DNA from: the human T2T-CHM13v2.0 reference genome, Homo sapiens
Length of the DNA stretch: 64,000 bases
NCBI GenBank assembly: GCA_009914755.4
Contig: CP086569.2
Location: 4,448,001-4,512,000 of the forward strand
Reading direction: 5' to 3'
In this document: in pieces, positions 57,701 through 64,000 of the stretch
Position numbering within the stretch: position 1 is the stretch's first letter
How the letters are laid out: each line of letters opens with the position of its first letter
Notes under the pieces: generated by a model
The model's input: the letters and a program-made list of their open reading frames with translations, nothing else
The model's database searches: none
Told to the model about the DNA's origin: nothing
Made by a program: the position numbers and the translations under genes

Positions 57701-58470
57701 AGAATAAATCTTTTTCATTTATGATGGATAATCCAATGGACAGTGTTCTTGGGTGGCAGATTGTTTTTATTACAGCAATTTGAATATATCATCACATTCT
57801 CTTCTGGCCTATAAGTTTTCTGCTGAAAGGCAGAGCAAGATGGGAGAATAGAAGCCATCATCAATCATGCTCATCACAGAGACACTAAATTTAACAACTG
57901 TCTACACCCAAAACACCTACATAAGAACCAAAAATTCGTTGAGTGATCACAGTACCTGGCTTTAACTTCTTATCACTGAAAGAGGCATTAACAAGGTAGG
58001 AAAGATAGTTTGGAATTGCCAACACCACTCTCTCATATGATGGCAGGGGATGCATGGTATGGAGAAAGAATCTCTGTGCTTTAGTGAGGGAGAGTGCAGA
58101 AATTGTGGGAATTATCACTGGAACTCAGCACTGCTGACACCAGGAAGAAGTCAGCTGATGAATACAGAGAGAACATTGAGATGATCCCTATCCTGAGTGG
58201 AATTATTCACCCCAGTGGTCATAACTTGACTTTCATCAAGCCTTGCCACTGGGGGAAAAAGTGCTCCTGAGTTTTAAATAAACTTGAAAAGTAGTCTACG
58301 CCACAAGGACTGCAACTCATAGGCAAGTCTTAGTGCTGTGCTGGGTTCAGAGCCAGTGCACTTGGGGAAGATGCAACGTAGTGAGACACCAGCCAGGGTG
58401 GCTAAGGGAGTGCTTGCACCACATTTTCTGACTATTTCATAAGATATTATCTGATTATTTGAAATCACAT
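54736..58470 (-). mobile_element. Old L1 (L1M/L1MA-like) on the minus strand, containing an Alu and an internal deletion that removes most of the ORF2 N-terminal half. The upper boundary (~58470) is approximate.
   Basis: The 3'UTR/ORF2-end antisense block at 54736-55600 (..ttcatctgttgatgggcacttaagttgattccatatatttgctcccatgaatagtgctgcaataaacatg..) is typical of L1M. Minus ORFs are 55272-55490 ([24 protein letters not shown]), 55862-56092 (..[46 protein letters not shown]) and 56926-57132 ([63 protein letters not shown]). At 57440-57500 the ORF2 segment ~LLKLFQKIEEEGTLP abuts ORF1 C-terminal antisense sequence at 57500-57830 (the RC encodes ..PILLCLSAENL.ARREWDDIFKLL..). Confidence 0.75.
56560..56859 (+). 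mobile_element. Old Alu (AluJ/Sx-like, heavily mutated) nested in the minus-strand L1M.
   Basis: gggtgggtatggtagctcatgaccataatcccaggacatgagaggacgaggtgggcagataccttgaggtcaagagcttgagaccagcctagccaacatggtgaaaccccatctctactaaaaatacaaaaattagccaggtgtgatggcaggcacctttaatcctagctacttgggagactgaggcgggaggagaatgccttgaacccgagagttggaggttgcagtgaaccaagatcatgccaccacacttcagcctaggtgacacagtgagactctgtctcaaaaataaaaaaaaaa. Confidence 0.9.
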
Positions 58471-60055
58471 ATATGACTTCAAATTATACTACAGAGCTAT
58501 AGTAACCAAAACAGCATTATACTGGCATAAAAACAGACACATAGAACAATGGAGCAGATTAGAGAATCCAGAAATAAATTTATACATTTACAGCAAACTG
58601 ATTTTTGACAAAGGTGCCAAGAAGATACATTTAGAAAAAGTCTCTTCAATAAATGATGCTTTGAAAACTGGATATCCATATGGAGAGTATAAAACTAGAC
58701 CCCTATCTCTTGACATATACATAAATCATATTAAAATTAATAAGAGGCTTTAATCCAAGGCCTCAAACTATGAAACTACTACAAGAAAACCTTAGGGAAA
58801 CTCTGCAGTACGTTGGACTGGGAAAAGATTTATTGAGTAACATCGTGTAAGCACAGGCAACTGAAACAAAAATGCACAAATGGGATCACATCAAGTTGGA
58901 AAGCTTCTGTACAGCAAAGGAAACAATCAACAAAGTGTAGAAACAACCCACAGAATTGGAGAAAATATGTGCAAACTACCCATCCAATAAAGGATAATAA
59001 CCAGGATATATAAGGAACTCAAATAACTCTATAGGGAAAAAAATCCAATAATCTGATTTCAAAATGGGCAAAAGTTTTAAATAGTCATTTCTCAAAAGAA
59101 GATATGCAAATGTCAAACAGGCATACGAAATAGAACTCAACATCATTGATCATTAGAAAAATGCAAATCAAAACTACAATGAGATATTGCCTTACCACAT
59201 TTAAAATGGCTTCTATCCAAAAGATAGGCTATAGCAAATGATGGTAAGGATGTGGAGAAAAGGGAATCTTCTTACACTTTTGGTCACAATGTAAGTTACT
59301 GCAACCACTACGGAGAACAGTTTCAAAGTTCCCCCCAAAAACTACAAATAGAGCTACCATTTAATCTAGCAATCCCACCTCTAGGTATATACCCCAAAGA
59401 AATGAAATCAGTGTATCCAAGGGATATCCACACTTCCATGTTTGTTGCCACACTATTCACAATTTCAAAGATTTGGAAACATCCTAATTGTCCATCAACA
59501 GATGAATGGATGAAGAAACGTGGTACATAGACACGATGGAGCGCTAATCACCTATAAAAATGAATGAGATTCTGTCATTTGCAATAACATGGATGGGACT
59601 GGAGGTCATTTTGTGAAGTGAAATATTCCAGGCACAGAAAGGCAAATGTCACATGTTTTTACTTATTTGTGAAGGCTAAAACTGAAACAATTGAACTCAT
59701 GGCAATAGAGAGCAGAATGATGTTTACTGGAGGCTGGGAAAGGTACTGGGGTGGTGAAGAAGTCAGGATTTTTAATAGGTACAAATAGTAGAAATAATGA
59801 GTAAGATCTAGTATTTGATAGCACAACAGGGTGCCTATTGTCAAAATAATTTATTGTACATTTAAAAATAACTAAAATAGTATAATTGGATTGTTTGTAT
59901 TACAAAGGATAATTGCTTGAGGTGATGGATACAACTTTTACTCTGATGTGATTATTATACATTGTATGCCTGTCTCAACATATCTCATACATGACATAAA
60001 TATATACTTACTGTGGGCCCACAAAAAATAAAAATAAAACATTTAAAAATAAATA
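58471..60055 (+). mobile_element. 5'-truncated old L1 (L1M-type) 3' portion on the plus strand, comprising ORF2 C-terminal third, 3'UTR and an A-rich tail.
   Basis: The translation from ~58476 reads [71 protein letters not shown]..., followed by ..KNAQMGSHQVGKLLYSKGNNQQSVETTHRIGENMCKLP... The track ORF 59252-59530 (..[56 protein letters not shown]) is L1 C-terminal. It ends ..cacaaaaaataaaaataaaacatttaaaaataaata. Confidence 0.85.

Positions 60056-64000
<3,945 letters not shown>

Noticed and set aside
57783-57870. cttctggcctataagttttctgctgaaaggcagagcaagatgggagaatagaagccatc looked like an L1 5' start (..GCCAAGATGG..AATAG.A) on the plus strand.
   Set aside because: The reverse complement translates to ..PILLCLSAENL.ARREWDDIFKLL.., which is the ORF1p C-terminal motif (LSAETLQARREW). 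So it is antisense ORF1 of the minus-strand L1M, and the resemblance to a 5' terminus is coincidental.

Overview
This window is primate, almost certainly hominoid or human, nuclear DNA and not a prokaryotic or viral locus. The evidence is many Alu SINEs (including CpG-rich AluY-type copies), LINE-1 of several ages, an LTR12 (HERV9) solo LTR, a MaLR LTR and a Tigger-family MITE. By inspection it is AT-rich and L1-dominated: L1 fills well over half of the 64 kb by my coordinate tally. About 17 Alu copies are present, most with recognisable target-site duplications (TSDs). I find no CRISPR array, no rRNA or tRNA gene, no CpG island and no convincing cellular protein-coding exon. Every ORF of 100 aa or more in the supplied track is L1 ORF1/ORF2 debris or Alu read-through. 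The 'undescribed system' hypothesis is therefore not supported; what is notable here is the structure of the retrotransposons. (1) Two near-full-length L1s lie head-to-head (minus-strand 1927-8170, plus-strand 9601-18430) with their 5'UTRs facing each other across a 1.4 kb unique spacer. (2) The plus-strand L1 has a ~3-copy tandem array in its 5'UTR and has been hit by four Alus and a (TA)n(CA)n microsatellite. (3) A twin-primed (inverted) L1 sits at 47800-48421. (4) A rearranged L1 at 60056-64000 carries an inverted ORF1 fragment between 5'UTR pieces and its ORF1 start is fused directly to ORF2; it inserted into the A-tail of an older L1M. (5) Two young-looking AluY insertions have perfect 15-19 bp TSDs. 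(6) An LTR12 fragment has six tandem CCAAT-box repeats. Coordinates for repeat boundaries are accurate to roughly +/-10 bp. Subfamily names are from memory of consensus sequences and need RepeatMasker/Dfam confirmation.
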